A stretch of 53,629 nucleotides of DNA from a virus (Duplodnaviria > Caudoviricetes). The DNA lies in the IMG/VR virus record IMGVR_UViG_3300033741_000039, positions 1 to 53,629 of that record; one strand, 5' to 3'. A model generated the notes under the pieces. That model worked only from the letters and a program-made list of their open reading frames with translations, searched no databases and was not told the origin of the DNA. The translations under genes were made by a program, and so were the position numbers. Of the stretch, positions 1 to 8,383 are shown piece by piece; position 1 is the first letter of the stretch; every line of letters starts with the position of its first letter.

Positions 1-126
1 CCACACGATGGTCCCCCCGCTCACCCCCTCCAGGTCCTCCATCATAGCACTGACTCTGTTGCTCTTGATGCTGTGTACATCGCCATCCTCGTCGGCTATG
101 TGTCCACACACGATCTGCTGCAGGCG
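1..126. repeat. Terminal direct repeat, left copy (probable circular-assembly overlap)
   Basis: Bases 1-126 are identical to 53502-53627; the helicase ORF continues in frame across the join. Confidence 0.95.
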
Positions 127-1026
127 CGTGAGCGTCACGATGGCCTGTGTGCTACTCGTGAACCCTCCCTCAAACTCCACAAAGGCATTGTCCCGCATCG
201 CCCGGTACATCCGCGACTGCTCGTCCGTCAGGTCGACGTTCAGCATCCGGTACACCTTGGGCGGGAGGTCCATGCAGTCCTCCTTCAGTACGCGGTAGCT
301 GTGCGGCTCGACCGCCTCCTTCAGCTCAGGGATATTCCTGTATCCCACGACGACGTTGACCCGCCTGCCTCCGAATATCTTCTGTTGCTGTACCGCGTAC
401 CTCTTCTTGAAGTTGAAGTAGGAGCGGTGCCCGAGCGACCCGGACTGCAGGAACTCGAACTGGGAGAACAGGTCGAGGGGCGAGTTGGGCGTGGGGGAGC
501 CTGTGGCTATCCGCCTGTAGACTGCGACTGTAGCCAGCTTGACGAGGTTCTTCGTCCGGGTCGCGGTGGGGTTCTTGGCCACGGTGGACTCGTCCAGCGA
601 CTGGTACGACCTGCCCGACTGACAGAACCTCTCCACGAACTTGAGCGCGACACCCTTAGTTGACAGCGCCTCGACGTTGACGATGAGAATGCGGAGTCGG
701 GTGTCGTCCGGCTCGACCAGCTGGGCCAGCTCGCGCTGCTGCTCCCTGTTGCCTCCACCCGACACCCACGGCAGCGCGTGGTACGGGATACCCATGTGGA
801 CCTGCAGCTCAGCGATCCAGTTGAGGTACACACCCTTCGGCGCGTATATGACGGCGCAGTCGATCAGGCCCTCACACCACAGTCGGGACATCTCGTCGAT
901 GATCACCTTGGTCTTGCCAGTCCCCATCTCCATGAAGAAGGCGAAGAAGGCCCGCCCAGCGGCGCGTCGCTCCGCCTCGGTCTGGTGCCTGTAGGGTTTG
1001 GTCTTGTAGCTGAAACTGGGTCGCAT
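1..1026 (-). CDS. SNF2/SF2 helicase, N-terminal part (continues at 53501->53091; ~478 aa total)
   Basis: Hand translation: AGGAG + ATG at 1026, MRPSFSYKTKPYRHQ, Walker A EMGTGKT, LDEST (DExx), ATGSPTPNSPLDLFSQFEFL; missing from the ORF track because the window edge splits it. Confidence 0.9.
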   Translation of the reverse strand, partial: MRPSFSYKTKPYRHQTEAERRAAGRAFFAFFMEMGTGKTKVIIDEMSRLWCEGLIDCAVIYAPKGVYLNWIAELQVHMGIPYHALPWVSGGGNREQQRELAQLVEPDDTRLRILIVNVEALSTKGVALKFVERFCQSGRSYQSLDESTVAKNPTATRTKNLVKLATVAVYRRIATGSPTPNSPLDLFSQFEFLQSGSLGHRSYFNFKKRYAVQQQKIFGGRRVNVVVGYRNIPELKEAVEPHSYRVLKEDCMDLPPKVYRMLNVDLTDEQSRMYRAMRDNAFVEFEGGFTSSTQAIVTLTRLQQIVCGHIADEDGDVHSIKSNRVSAMMEDLEGVSGGTIVW

Positions 1027-1119
1027 GGTCACTCCTGTCTGTCGTTCGGCCCAAGGGTACGCCGGGAGCCGGGGGGAGGGTAGTCTGTACACGTGCGAGT
1101 GTTGAGAGGTACTCAGATA

Positions 1120-1285
1120 CCTCCCCCGCACACACGACCTAAAAAGCAATAAAAATCCAATAATGATTTTACGACCTGTTTTCAGTGGGTTGCGGAGTTG
1201 ATTATTGGATTATTGCTTATTGCCTCGCGCGACCCGCGCGCAGGCCTCCGCCGGCGCACGTGTAAATCCAATAATCCAATAAAAA
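1120..1285. repeat. AT-rich iteron-like region A (AATCCAATAA / AAGCAATAA repeats)
   Basis: Several direct and inverted CAATAA-core copies in a non-coding AT-rich island; related to 26500-26945. Confidence 0.75.
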
Positions 1286-1342
1286 TGGGCCGACCTCGTG
1301 AGAGGCCGACCCTAGGTTTAGTGAGGCAGTGACAGAGAACTC

Positions 1343-1371
1343 AGTATAGGGGCGGAGCGGGGCAAACAAAA
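1343..1371 (-). promoter_or_regulatory. Putative leftward promoter TTTTGT-N17-TATACT (helicase)
   Basis: Same hexamers and spacing as 26391-26419; upstream of a leftward gene. Confidence 0.55.
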
Positions 1372-1426
1372 GCACTAACAGTTTCGGTCACTTGCACGTT
1401 TGTTTGAATAATCGTCACGAGGGGAC

Positions 1427-1455
1427 TTTACATATGTTGAGGGTTGTCCTACATT
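1427..1455 (+). promoter_or_regulatory. Sigma70-like early promoter TTTACA-N17-TACATT
   Basis: Near-consensus -35/-10 with a 17-nt spacer upstream of the early operon. Confidence 0.65.
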
Positions 1456-1685
1456 GATTGTACGAGAGACGGACGGGACGGGTAGCCCAAGCATAACTAC
1501 CCCGCTGACAGCGAAGCCCGAATACGGGCACGGTAGTTGGTACGACGCGGCCCGCAGGCTTGAACCACGCGCGTTATACCCAACTGGTTTCCGGCAGCGT
1601 ACACCCAAAGGTTAGTAACCACAGGCCCCGCACGCGTTAGCGTAGCGGGGCCTCTGACTACAAACCCCAACCAAGGAGTAACACC

Positions 1686-1982
1686 ATGGACAACTACAAA
1701 ACACGCAGCGACGACGAAGCCAAGACCCTTGAGCTTCTGGACGGATTTGAGGCCACAGACGACCTCTACTCAACAATATTCTGTGTCAAGAAGGCCATCC
1801 GGGCGATGTGGGCGCTGCAGTTTACTCCGGAGAGGGTCAACAAAGTTGGGTCTGCTCTCGGAGGTCTCACAGAACTGGACGCCGGAAACGTCCAAACCGT
1901 ACTGACCCGGATGACTCGGGCCAAGGTTCTCCGCAGTAAGGTGTCTCGAGCAGGCAAGCGAGTCTACGAAGTGAATTTTTAA
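1686..1982 (+). CDS. Hypothetical early protein (possible winged helix)
   Basis: Strong RBS AAGGAG; basic C-terminus LTRMTRAKVLRSKVSRAGKRVYEV. Confidence 0.7.
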   Translation: MDNYKTRSDDEAKTLELLDGFEATDDLYSTIFCVKKAIRAMWALQFTPERVNKVGSALGGLTELDAGNVQTVLTRMTRAKVLRSKVSRAGKRVYEVNF

Positions 1983-2045
1983 GTCGAAACCGCCCAGCTC
2001 GGGCGGTCTGCGGGATGAGCCCTACCCGCACTGATGTGACAGGGC
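1983..2045 (+). ncRNA. Type II hammerhead ribozyme 1 (pseudoknotted, A9U core variant)
   Basis: GUC-GAAA, stem III ACCGCCC/GGGCGGU, C17 at 2008, stem I UGCGGG/CCCGCA, CUGAUGU-GAC; loop-I GCCCU complementary to 3' AGGGC. Confidence 0.85.
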
Positions 2046-2068
2046 AACACACAACTGGAGTAATACCA

Positions 2069-2707
2069 ATGACCTACACAATCACACAGATGGCCACCCT
2101 CTACAACGAGATCACCGGGTCGGACGTCAAGAAGTTCGCCAGCAAGTCCAAGGGTGAGGCCCGCCTCGACGCAGCCTGCGACGAGCGCAACCTTGTCTGG
2201 GCCGACGCCGAGGACGGGTCGGGCCTCTACACATACACCCCTGACGACGTCATGGACGACATGCCTCCCGCTGACTCGGACGCCTGGAACGAGAACAGGG
2301 TTGCTAAGGAGTACACCCCTGAGGAGCTGGAGCTACTCGGCCAGTTCGGTCTCGGTGCTGACCACGACACAGCCCTGTGCCCACACTGCGGCATCAACCA
2401 CTGCGACAACGGACACAGCATGCACGGCGACGGTGCTGAGCATGAGACCTCCAAGTGGGCCTGCCTGGGCTGCAACGGTGAGTGGGGCGAGCTGATCGCC
2501 AAGCGAGCCACCAGCACTCGGGCTGTCCACGCCGACGACGCCAAGATCACCAAGGTCGAGGCCAACCCCAAGCGTGAGGGGACTAAGGCCCACGCCCGCT
2601 TCGCTCTCTACAAGAAGGGCATGACGGTCCGTGAGGCCCTGGAGGCCGGGGTCACCCGCCAGGACCTGCGCTGGGACACCGAGCGCAAGCTGGTCGTCAT
2701 CGGCTAA
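2069..2707 (+). CDS. Early protein with Zn ribbon and C-terminal NPK..G(T/S)K domain (paralog 1)
   Basis: RBS GGAG; CPHC..CLGC; C-terminal NPKREGTKAHARFALYKKGMTV domain shared with the 4759 and 19681 genes. Confidence 0.85.
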   Translation: MTYTITQMATLYNEITGSDVKKFASKSKGEARLDAACDERNLVWADAEDGSGLYTYTPDDVMDDMPPADSDAWNENRVAKEYTPEELELLGQFGLGADHDTALCPHCGINHCDNGHSMHGDGAEHETSKWACLGCNGEWGELIAKRATSTRAVHADDAKITKVEANPKREGTKAHARFALYKKGMTVREALEAGVTRQDLRWDTERKLVVIG

Positions 2708-2774
2708 CTCAACTTTCCACCGCCCCGCTGTCCACGTAGGGTAGCGGGGCCAACCCACAGAATGGAGTAAGACC

Positions 2775-2987
2775 ATGACCGAACGACAGGCGGCGATAAT
2801 CGCCAACAAGGTATACAAGCTGATCAACTGCTACCCGATGCGGGTTGACCCTGCCCTGGCGAGCAGGACTCTTGACAAGCTGTCCCCGTACATGAGCGAG
2901 GCACAGATTTGCAAGCACCTGGACTTCCTGAACGCCTACGGAGACATGGTGCGCCTCTGGGCACACCAGCAGGAGGCGGCGTCATGA
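2775..2987 (+). CDS. Hypothetical protein
   Basis: GGAGTAA RBS; operon context. Confidence 0.7.
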   Translation: MTERQAAIIANKVYKLINCYPMRVDPALASRTLDKLSPYMSEAQICKHLDFLNAYGDMVRLWAHQQEAAS

Positions 2988-3238
2988 GCCACCAGCAGAT
3001 GAGCGACGAGCATCAGGCGCTGGCCCAGGAGGCCATAGCCAGGAAGTTCAGCGAGCACTCAACCAACTACAGCGTCGGGGTCATCTCGCAGGAGCTGAGC
3101 CACACGCACAGGTCGGGAGTGATCAGCTGGATGTCCACCGTCATCGTCACAGCCGACGGAACCCGCTACGACGTCCACCTCAGCAGGGTGGGCGAGAAGA
3201 TCATGATCACCGACATCGTCGATGACAGGTACAACTGA
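2984..3238 (+). CDS. Hypothetical protein
   Basis: AGGAGG RBS; ATGA overlap with the upstream gene. Confidence 0.7.
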   Translation: MSHQQMSDEHQALAQEAIARKFSEHSTNYSVGVISQELSHTHRSGVISWMSTVIVTADGTRYDVHLSRVGEKIMITDIVDDRYN

Positions 3239-3254
3239 ACCAAGGAGTAACACC

Positions 3255-3455
3255 ATGCCACAGATAACAGCGGGCCTTCGGGCCACAGCCGACGCGGACC
3301 AGGTGGTCCGCACCATACAGCGGACCGACCCGCTGGCCACCTGTCTCGTGAAGGGAGCCACGGTAATCTGCGACACCGAGCGCCCCGAGATAGTCATGCG
3401 CCAGTATCCTGCGCTGGTCAGCCTCAGCCGCTGGGTCAACATCAACATGGGCTAG
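3255..3455 (+). CDS. Hypothetical protein
   Basis: AACCAAGGAGTAACACCATG leader. Confidence 0.65.
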   Translation: MPQITAGLRATADADQVVRTIQRTDPLATCLVKGATVICDTERPEIVMRQYPALVSLSRWVNINMG

Positions 3456-3479
3456 TCGCCCGAAACTAGGAGAACAGAC

Positions 3480-4436
3480 ATGCCACTCGACAACGCAAAC
3501 AACTACCTGGAGATGATCCAGGCCCACGGCTTCCAGGCCCCCAAGAAGGACCTGGGACTCGCAACCAGCAAGACGGTCTTCCCGATAGCGGAGATGGCCC
3601 TCGGGGCACACGCTGCCTCAGACAACCCTGAGCTCCCACATGCAGCAGATGCGTGTGCCACCTCAGAGACCCACAAGGCCATAGTCAGGACGGACACCAA
3701 CGAGTTCGTCGGGGTCGTCTCGTCCAAGTACAGGCCTCTCCGCAACGAGGACCTGTTCGGGACAATCGAGGCGGCGCTGAACGAGGCCATCCCGGAGGAG
3801 ATGTTCCGGGACGTACAGGTCCGCGACCGCGTCAGCGGAGGCGGCTCCTGGAGCCAGCGTGAGTATGTGCTGCCCGCCTATGCTGAGGAGCTGAAGAACT
3901 CCCAGTTCGAGACGCGGGTCGGCCTGCGCATCATCGCCTGGAACAGCTATGACGGGTCGGCCTCGGCGGGCCTCATGACTGGCCTCATCGACTTCTACTG
4001 CACCAACGGCATGATCGTCGGGAACCAGATCACCCGTGAGCTGAAGCGCCACAGCACCCGACTGACCCCGGAGGACTTCCTCCCCCGCCTAACCAAGAAC
4101 CTCAGCACCATCCACGAGGAGATTGACGGCATCCGGGGGATGATGCACACCCCTCTGAACTCGGACGCTGCGCTCGAGTTTCTCGAGAAGAACCTGTCGG
4201 CCAAGCGAGCGGCTGAGATGTTCACCCGCATGCAGCAAGAGGTTGAGGTGCGGGGGAGTAACGTGTTCGCGCTACACTCCGCGCTGACCTACTACGCCTC
4301 ACACGACAGTGAGAGCTTCGCCACCCGAGCGCCGTTGCACTCCAGCCGCACAGCCCGCATGCTGCGCGGTCGTGAGGACGAGGTACTCCGGCTGGTCCGC
4401 ACCCCTGAGTTCCAGGGTATGCTGGTGGCGGCATGA
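3480..4436 (+). CDS. DUF932-family protein
   Basis: AIVRTDTNEFVGVVSSKYRPLRN, NSYDGS, FYCTNGMI, KRHS motifs typical of the family. Confidence 0.8.
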   Translation: MPLDNANNYLEMIQAHGFQAPKKDLGLATSKTVFPIAEMALGAHAASDNPELPHAADACATSETHKAIVRTDTNEFVGVVSSKYRPLRNEDLFGTIEAALNEAIPEEMFRDVQVRDRVSGGGSWSQREYVLPAYAEELKNSQFETRVGLRIIAWNSYDGSASAGLMTGLIDFYCTNGMIVGNQITRELKRHSTRLTPEDFLPRLTKNLSTIHEEIDGIRGMMHTPLNSDAALEFLEKNLSAKRAAEMFTRMQQEVEVRGSNVFALHSALTYYASHDSESFATRAPLHSSRTARMLRGREDEVLRLVRTPEFQGMLVAA

Positions 4437-4675
4437 GCTCCGCATACTATGTCCTCAGTAAGGCAATGGGTGTCAGGTTCCTGAATGTTGACAGGAACAC
4501 AGGAGCACTCTACTGGACCTCATCTCCGCACGGAGCCACACTGTTCACCAGCAAGGCAATGGCAGAGGAGACAGTTAAGTCTGGGTTGGGCCACCTGATA
4601 GAGTACAAGGTGTGTCCAACTCGTGTCTGGGAACCCAATGTGATCAGAGGCAACCAGATACAGAGAATCACATAG
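4433..4675 (+). CDS. Hypothetical protein
   Basis: ATGA overlap; stop codon abuts hammerhead 2. Confidence 0.65.
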   Translation: MSSAYYVLSKAMGVRFLNVDRNTGALYWTSSPHGATLFTSKAMAEETVKSGLGHLIEYKVCPTRVWEPNVIRGNQIQRIT

Positions 4676-4738
4676 TCGAAACACCCACCCCGGTGGGTGT
4701 CTGCGGGATGAGCCCTACCCGCACTGATGTGACAGGGC
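4675..4738 (+). ncRNA. Type II hammerhead ribozyme 2 (pseudoknotted, A9U core variant)
   Basis: Same core, stem I and pseudoknot as copy 1; stem III differs but is fully paired (ACACCCAC/GUGGGUGU); C17 at 4701. Confidence 0.85.
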
Positions 4739-4758
4739 AACAACCAAGGAGTAACACC

Positions 4759-5253
4759 ATGCTGACCAAGTACCAACCGAACTTTGCCTCGCTGACACCA
4801 GACGAGGCGGCTCACGCTGCTGCGTCACTCTGCCGTGCAACTGACCTTGTCATCGACACAGAGTCTGGCATCAGCGGGAACCAGCTGTTCAGTATCTGCG
4901 GTGCGGAGAATATCGGACAGGCACAGGTCGTGATGTCCATGGCCCGCGACCCCAGCCACATTGGCGTCGTCTGCCTCGAGAAGCTGGTGGGCACAACGCT
5001 GCGTCGCCCCGAGCCAGAGAAGAAGGCCCGAGCGCCCCGCGCCGCGCCCAAGGGTAACGCGGTCCGTCGCTCTGACCCTCGGGTCATCGCTCACGTCGAG
5101 CCGAACCCCAAGAAGTCGGGCAGCAAGTCCCACGCCCGGTACGAGCACTATCAGGTCGGCATGACTGTCGACCAGTTCGTGGCTGCGGGTGGGAGCATGG
5201 ACGACGTGCGCCACGACGTGGGTAAGGGTTTCGTCCGGCTGGAGGAGAAGTGA
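4759..5253 (+). CDS. Early protein with C-terminal NPK..G(T/S)K domain (paralog 2)
   Basis: AAGGAG RBS; NPKKSGSKSHARYEHYQVGMTV. Confidence 0.85.
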   Translation: MLTKYQPNFASLTPDEAAHAAASLCRATDLVIDTESGISGNQLFSICGAENIGQAQVVMSMARDPSHIGVVCLEKLVGTTLRRPEPEKKARAPRAAPKGNAVRRSDPRVIAHVEPNPKKSGSKSHARYEHYQVGMTVDQFVAAGGSMDDVRHDVGKGFVRLEEK

Positions 5254-5552
5254 TGGTACATGTCAAGAACACCGATCTAGCGGAGAGGGCTGTGATGACA
5301 GCTGAGGACCCAGACACAGGGATGCCTCTATCAACCTCCATGCTGTACCGGGTCTGCAAGAGGGACCCAATGCTCTTTGGTGAGGCAACGCGCATCATGA
5401 AGGAGATGTACCTCGCTGGGCAGCGCAACCTCTGCCCGAGCCACTTCGACCACGGCAGCTGGGACTGCGATGACAGCCCCACCGGGAAGTGCGTCTACAC
5501 CAGCGACCACGACGACTGCATATTCTGCCACGGACCAGAGGAGAGAAAGTGA
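5250..5552 (+). CDS. Hypothetical Cys-rich protein
   Basis: C-terminal WDCDDSPTGKCVY..CIFCHGPEERK; operon coupling. Confidence 0.7.
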   Translation: MMVHVKNTDLAERAVMTAEDPDTGMPLSTSMLYRVCKRDPMLFGEATRIMKEMYLAGQRNLCPSHFDHGSWDCDDSPTGKCVYTSDHDDCIFCHGPEERK

Positions 5553-5636
5553 TGCGCGACGCCATGGAGTTCGTGGTGGGGGTGGCGTTCGTCGCCATCC
5601 TCATCGGTGGTGTAATGGTCCTGGGAGGGTAGGGCG

Positions 5637-5894
5637 GTGGCACTGAGACTTGAGAAGAGCGATCAGGTGCGGGTCAACACTGACCCACAGCGCCGCTGCT
5701 ACAATGGTGCTCACTTCAGCTCGGAGCTGAGGTGGTCCGCCTGGGATTGGCTGCAGTGGGACGTGCCTCCGGACAGGGTGGCCGAGCGCCTGAAGTTCTG
5801 GCGCGATCTGAGTACCTACTCCGTCAGCGTTGGAGGCAGTCCATCTAGATATCGTGTCAGAGACACAGAGACAGACAAGGAGATTGAGTCATGA
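5637..5894 (+). CDS. Hypothetical protein
   Basis: ORF track; operon context. Confidence 0.6.
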   Translation: MALRLEKSDQVRVNTDPQRRCYNGAHFSSELRWSAWDWLQWDVPPDRVAERLKFWRDLSTYSVSVGGSPSRYRVRDTETDKEIES

Positions 5895-6139
5895 TCAACA
5901 CAGACACACTGCAGTGCCATCAGGTTCCAGCCCGCGAGGTCGAGCCAACCGAGGAGATGATCGACTGGCTGAACTCGGCCCCGATCGAGTGGTCCGGCGA
6001 CGAGGAGGGTGTCGTCCTCCACCAGTGCGAGGACGTACTGGCATCGCCCGGCGACTGGATATGCTGCTCACAGGGCGACTGGTTCGTCCTGCGGGCGGGT
6101 GACATGGAGGCGATCCAGAACCATCCCAGGCTACCCTAG
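5891..6139 (+). CDS. Hypothetical protein
   Basis: AAGGAG RBS, ATGA overlap; last gene before the strand switch. Confidence 0.65.
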   Translation: MINTDTLQCHQVPAREVEPTEEMIDWLNSAPIEWSGDEEGVVLHQCEDVLASPGDWICCSQGDWFVLRAGDMEAIQNHPRLP

Positions 6140-6254
6140 CCGCGCCGCGCCCCTCTCAGGGACTCCAGCGCGTCCTCCAGCTCCTCCAGTACGTGACAGA
6201 CGTACTTAGGCCCGCCCCGGTATCCCCGGCGCGGGCCTTTTCTCGTCTGGAGAG

Positions 6255-6689
6255 TCAGTTTCCTGTCAGATGGTTCCGGACTGCGTCCCAGTCCCAGCGG
6301 GCGGGGCCTCCAGGCCAGACGCCCAGGAAGTCCACTCCCTCGGCTCTCAGACCGCCCTCGCGGAGCAGGGGCGCGAGCCTGCCCTCCGCCAGCCACAGCT
6401 CGTCGACCGCTGCTCCCCGGCGCGGGCCACCCTCGTTCTGCCTTCGGATGGCGATGAATGTGCGCCCGCCTCTCATGTACCTCGTCTGGTGCCATGACGA
6501 CTGCTCCGCTGTGAGTCCAACCGCCCACGCCTCGGTCCACTTGAACTCGACCCACAGCTCAATCCCGCCAGCGATGCAGGCGTTGCTGTCCGGGATGCCC
6601 TGCCCGGTGCCTCCTGTCTCGATGGCCTGCCAGTGTACCCCGCGCCGCAGCTTGTCGTGGAACAGGGGGCGCAGCCCTCCGTCGATCAC
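6255..6689 (-). CDS. VRR-NUC / PD-(D/E)xK nuclease (Holliday junction resolvase-like)
   Basis: GIPD..WVEFK..LTAEQSSWH..RGG motif set. Confidence 0.8.
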   Translation of the reverse strand: MIDGGLRPLFHDKLRRGVHWQAIETGGTGQGIPDSNACIAGGIELWVEFKWTEAWAVGLTAEQSSWHQTRYMRGGRTFIAIRRQNEGGPRRGAAVDELWLAEGRLAPLLREGGLRAEGVDFLGVWPGGPARWDWDAVRNHLTGN

Positions 6690-6853
6690 AGCAGTTCCTC
6701 CAGTGTGTCAGCCGCGCGGCGCAGGCGCACCACCCACGCACGAACGCCGCTCTGCGACAGCCCACGACGAGCGACGAGGCAGAGAGCTAGACCGCCCGCT
6801 ACCCCGGCCAGCGACCGCGAGGCCCGCTCCAGTACGTCCTCAGTTCGGCTCAT
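6686..6853 (-). CDS. Hypothetical protein
   Basis: Coupled by TGATG/GTGA overlaps. Confidence 0.5.
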   Translation of the reverse strand: MSRTEDVLERASRSLAGVAGGLALCLVARRGLSQSGVRAWVVRLRRAADTLEELL

Positions 6854-7062
6854 CAGTGCATCCCCGCTCGATCTACCTCGAACCGCTCCGAGGTGCAGGC
6901 GGGGCAGACCCCGATGAGCAGGCACATCGCGACGAAGACCCTCAGCTCAGGCTCGCCTCCCTCACATGCCATTCGGTGGGCCAGCCTGCACGCCACCTCA
7001 GACTCCAGCCCCCGCTCCGCTGCCTCAGCCAGTATTGGGGCGTCGTGATCCAGTAGGGGCAT
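6853..7062 (-). CDS. Hypothetical protein
   Basis: Start overlaps the exonuclease stop; CPAC motif. Confidence 0.5.
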   Translation of the reverse strand: MPLLDHDAPILAEAAERGLESEVACRLAHRMACEGGEPELRVFVAMCLLIGVCPACTSERFEVDRAGMH

Positions 7063-7928
7063 CAGCGCAGCCTCCCCCGCTCCCGCAGGTGGTGGCGACA
7101 GGTGTGCTTGGTGTCCTCGTCGAAGTCCTGCCTCAGGACCCACTCCATGAACCCGCTGTCCAGGTCCACCCAGCGCTCACCATGGTTCTTCCCGAAGCGA
7201 CACTTGGTCAGGAGGGCGGGGGAGGAGGTCAGGTGGTGCAGGTGGAGGAGGGCGCGGTCGGCGTCGGCGTCGGGCAGCTCCTCCTCGAGACCAATGATGG
7301 TGCGGTCTCCCATGATGGCGTCGATCATCCAGTGTAGAATGTCTGCTGTCATGATGGCGTCGAACAGCGCCCGGTGGGGCATGCTGCCCGCCTCGGGTGG
7401 CATGGGGTGGGCCAGCCCCAGCTCGTACCACAGCGAGCCGTTGGAGTGGCTCTCTGCGCTCGGCAGGAGGTGCAGGGCGCAGCGCCACGTGCAGATGTAC
7501 GGGACAGCCTGCAGCCACTCGGGCAGGAACCCACGGTCGAACTCCGCGTTGTGGAAGACGAGGTAGTCAGGCAGGGTTGGCTCTCCACTGGTGTCGAAGA
7601 CAAGACCAGCTCCGTGGCACATCTTGCAGTCCCATTCCTCAAGATGCCCCTCGGAGATACCTGTCCCCTCACAGTCTGAGCAGAGTGAGATGGGCACCGC
7701 GTTCAGCACGTCCATCAGGGCCACGTCCGGCCCCGGCGCGGTACGCACCATGGCGTCTGTGATGTGGTGGGTGGACATCGCTCCGAAGCTGATGCTCCTC
7801 TCACCGGGGCACACGAGGCTCTGGCGCTGCGCTCCGCCACTGTGGACAGCCGCTACCTCGACGAGGGTGTCCTCTCCGTGGACCATGCCCGTTGTCTCGG
7901 TGTCCATCACTGCGTATGTCTTGGTCAT
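7062..7928 (-). CDS. DEDDh 3'-5' exonuclease (ExoX-like) with inserted DnaJ-type Zn finger
   Basis: DTETTG, FHNAEFD, HRALFDA, C-terminal FGK..G..W; insert CSDCEGTG..CKMCHGAG. Confidence 0.88.
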   Translation of the reverse strand: MTKTYAVMDTETTGMVHGEDTLVEVAAVHSGGAQRQSLVCPGERSISFGAMSTHHITDAMVRTAPGPDVALMDVLNAVPISLCSDCEGTGISEGHLEEWDCKMCHGAGLVFDTSGEPTLPDYLVFHNAEFDRGFLPEWLQAVPYICTWRCALHLLPSAESHSNGSLWYELGLAHPMPPEAGSMPHRALFDAIMTADILHWMIDAIMGDRTIIGLEEELPDADADRALLHLHHLTSSPALLTKCRFGKNHGERWVDLDSGFMEWVLRQDFDEDTKHTCRHHLRERGRLR

Positions 7929-8146
7929 GGCTTCTTCTCCTCCATCCCGAAGAACCTCGGGTCCACTGTGTGGTCGGGGTCACTGACCTGATAGCTGTGC
8001 CCGTGGCAGCACACACCTGCCCCATTGGACATAGCGATACTGCTGGACATCATATGTGTTACAAGCCATCCGTCGGGTATCTCAACCACTCTTGTCGCAG
8101 TCTTTATCCCGGAGCATCCACCCATTCTTGTGACTGTCTGTGTCAT
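7925..8146 (-). CDS. Hypothetical protein
   Basis: ATGA overlaps. Confidence 0.55.
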   Translation of the reverse strand: MTQTVTRMGGCSGIKTATRVVEIPDGWLVTHMMSSSIAMSNGAGVCCHGHSYQVSDPDHTVDPRFFGMEEKKP

Positions 8147-8382
8147 AGCTTCTTCTCCTCTGCCATCTTCTCTGTTATGTCAATGCGCAGGCGGTCGCCC
8201 GGCCCGAAGTTCGGTTTCGACTTCCCGAGGATGGACTCACGTGGTATCCAGGCTGAGCTGCCCGAGGCAACCTCCACCTGCACCGCGCGCACCGTCGTGT
8301 GCAGGATCAGGACGTCGATCTGCACCGTGGGCCTGCTGTCGTCCTGCGGCTCGTCGTCCTCGTAGTCACCGAATATGTCCAT
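8143..8382 (-). CDS. Hypothetical small beta-barrel protein
   Basis: GGAGG RBS; WIPRES..ITEKMAEEKKL. Confidence 0.7.
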   Translation of the reverse strand: MDIFGDYEDDEPQDDSRPTVQIDVLILHTTVRAVQVEVASGSSAWIPRESILGKSKPNFGPGDRLRIDITEKMAEEKKL

Positions 8383-8383
8383 G

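Noticed and set aside
1983-2045. The 1983/4675 repeats as DNA promoters or terminators
   Set aside because: No U-tract or -10/-35 elements; the hammerhead core and compensatory pairing explain the conservation better
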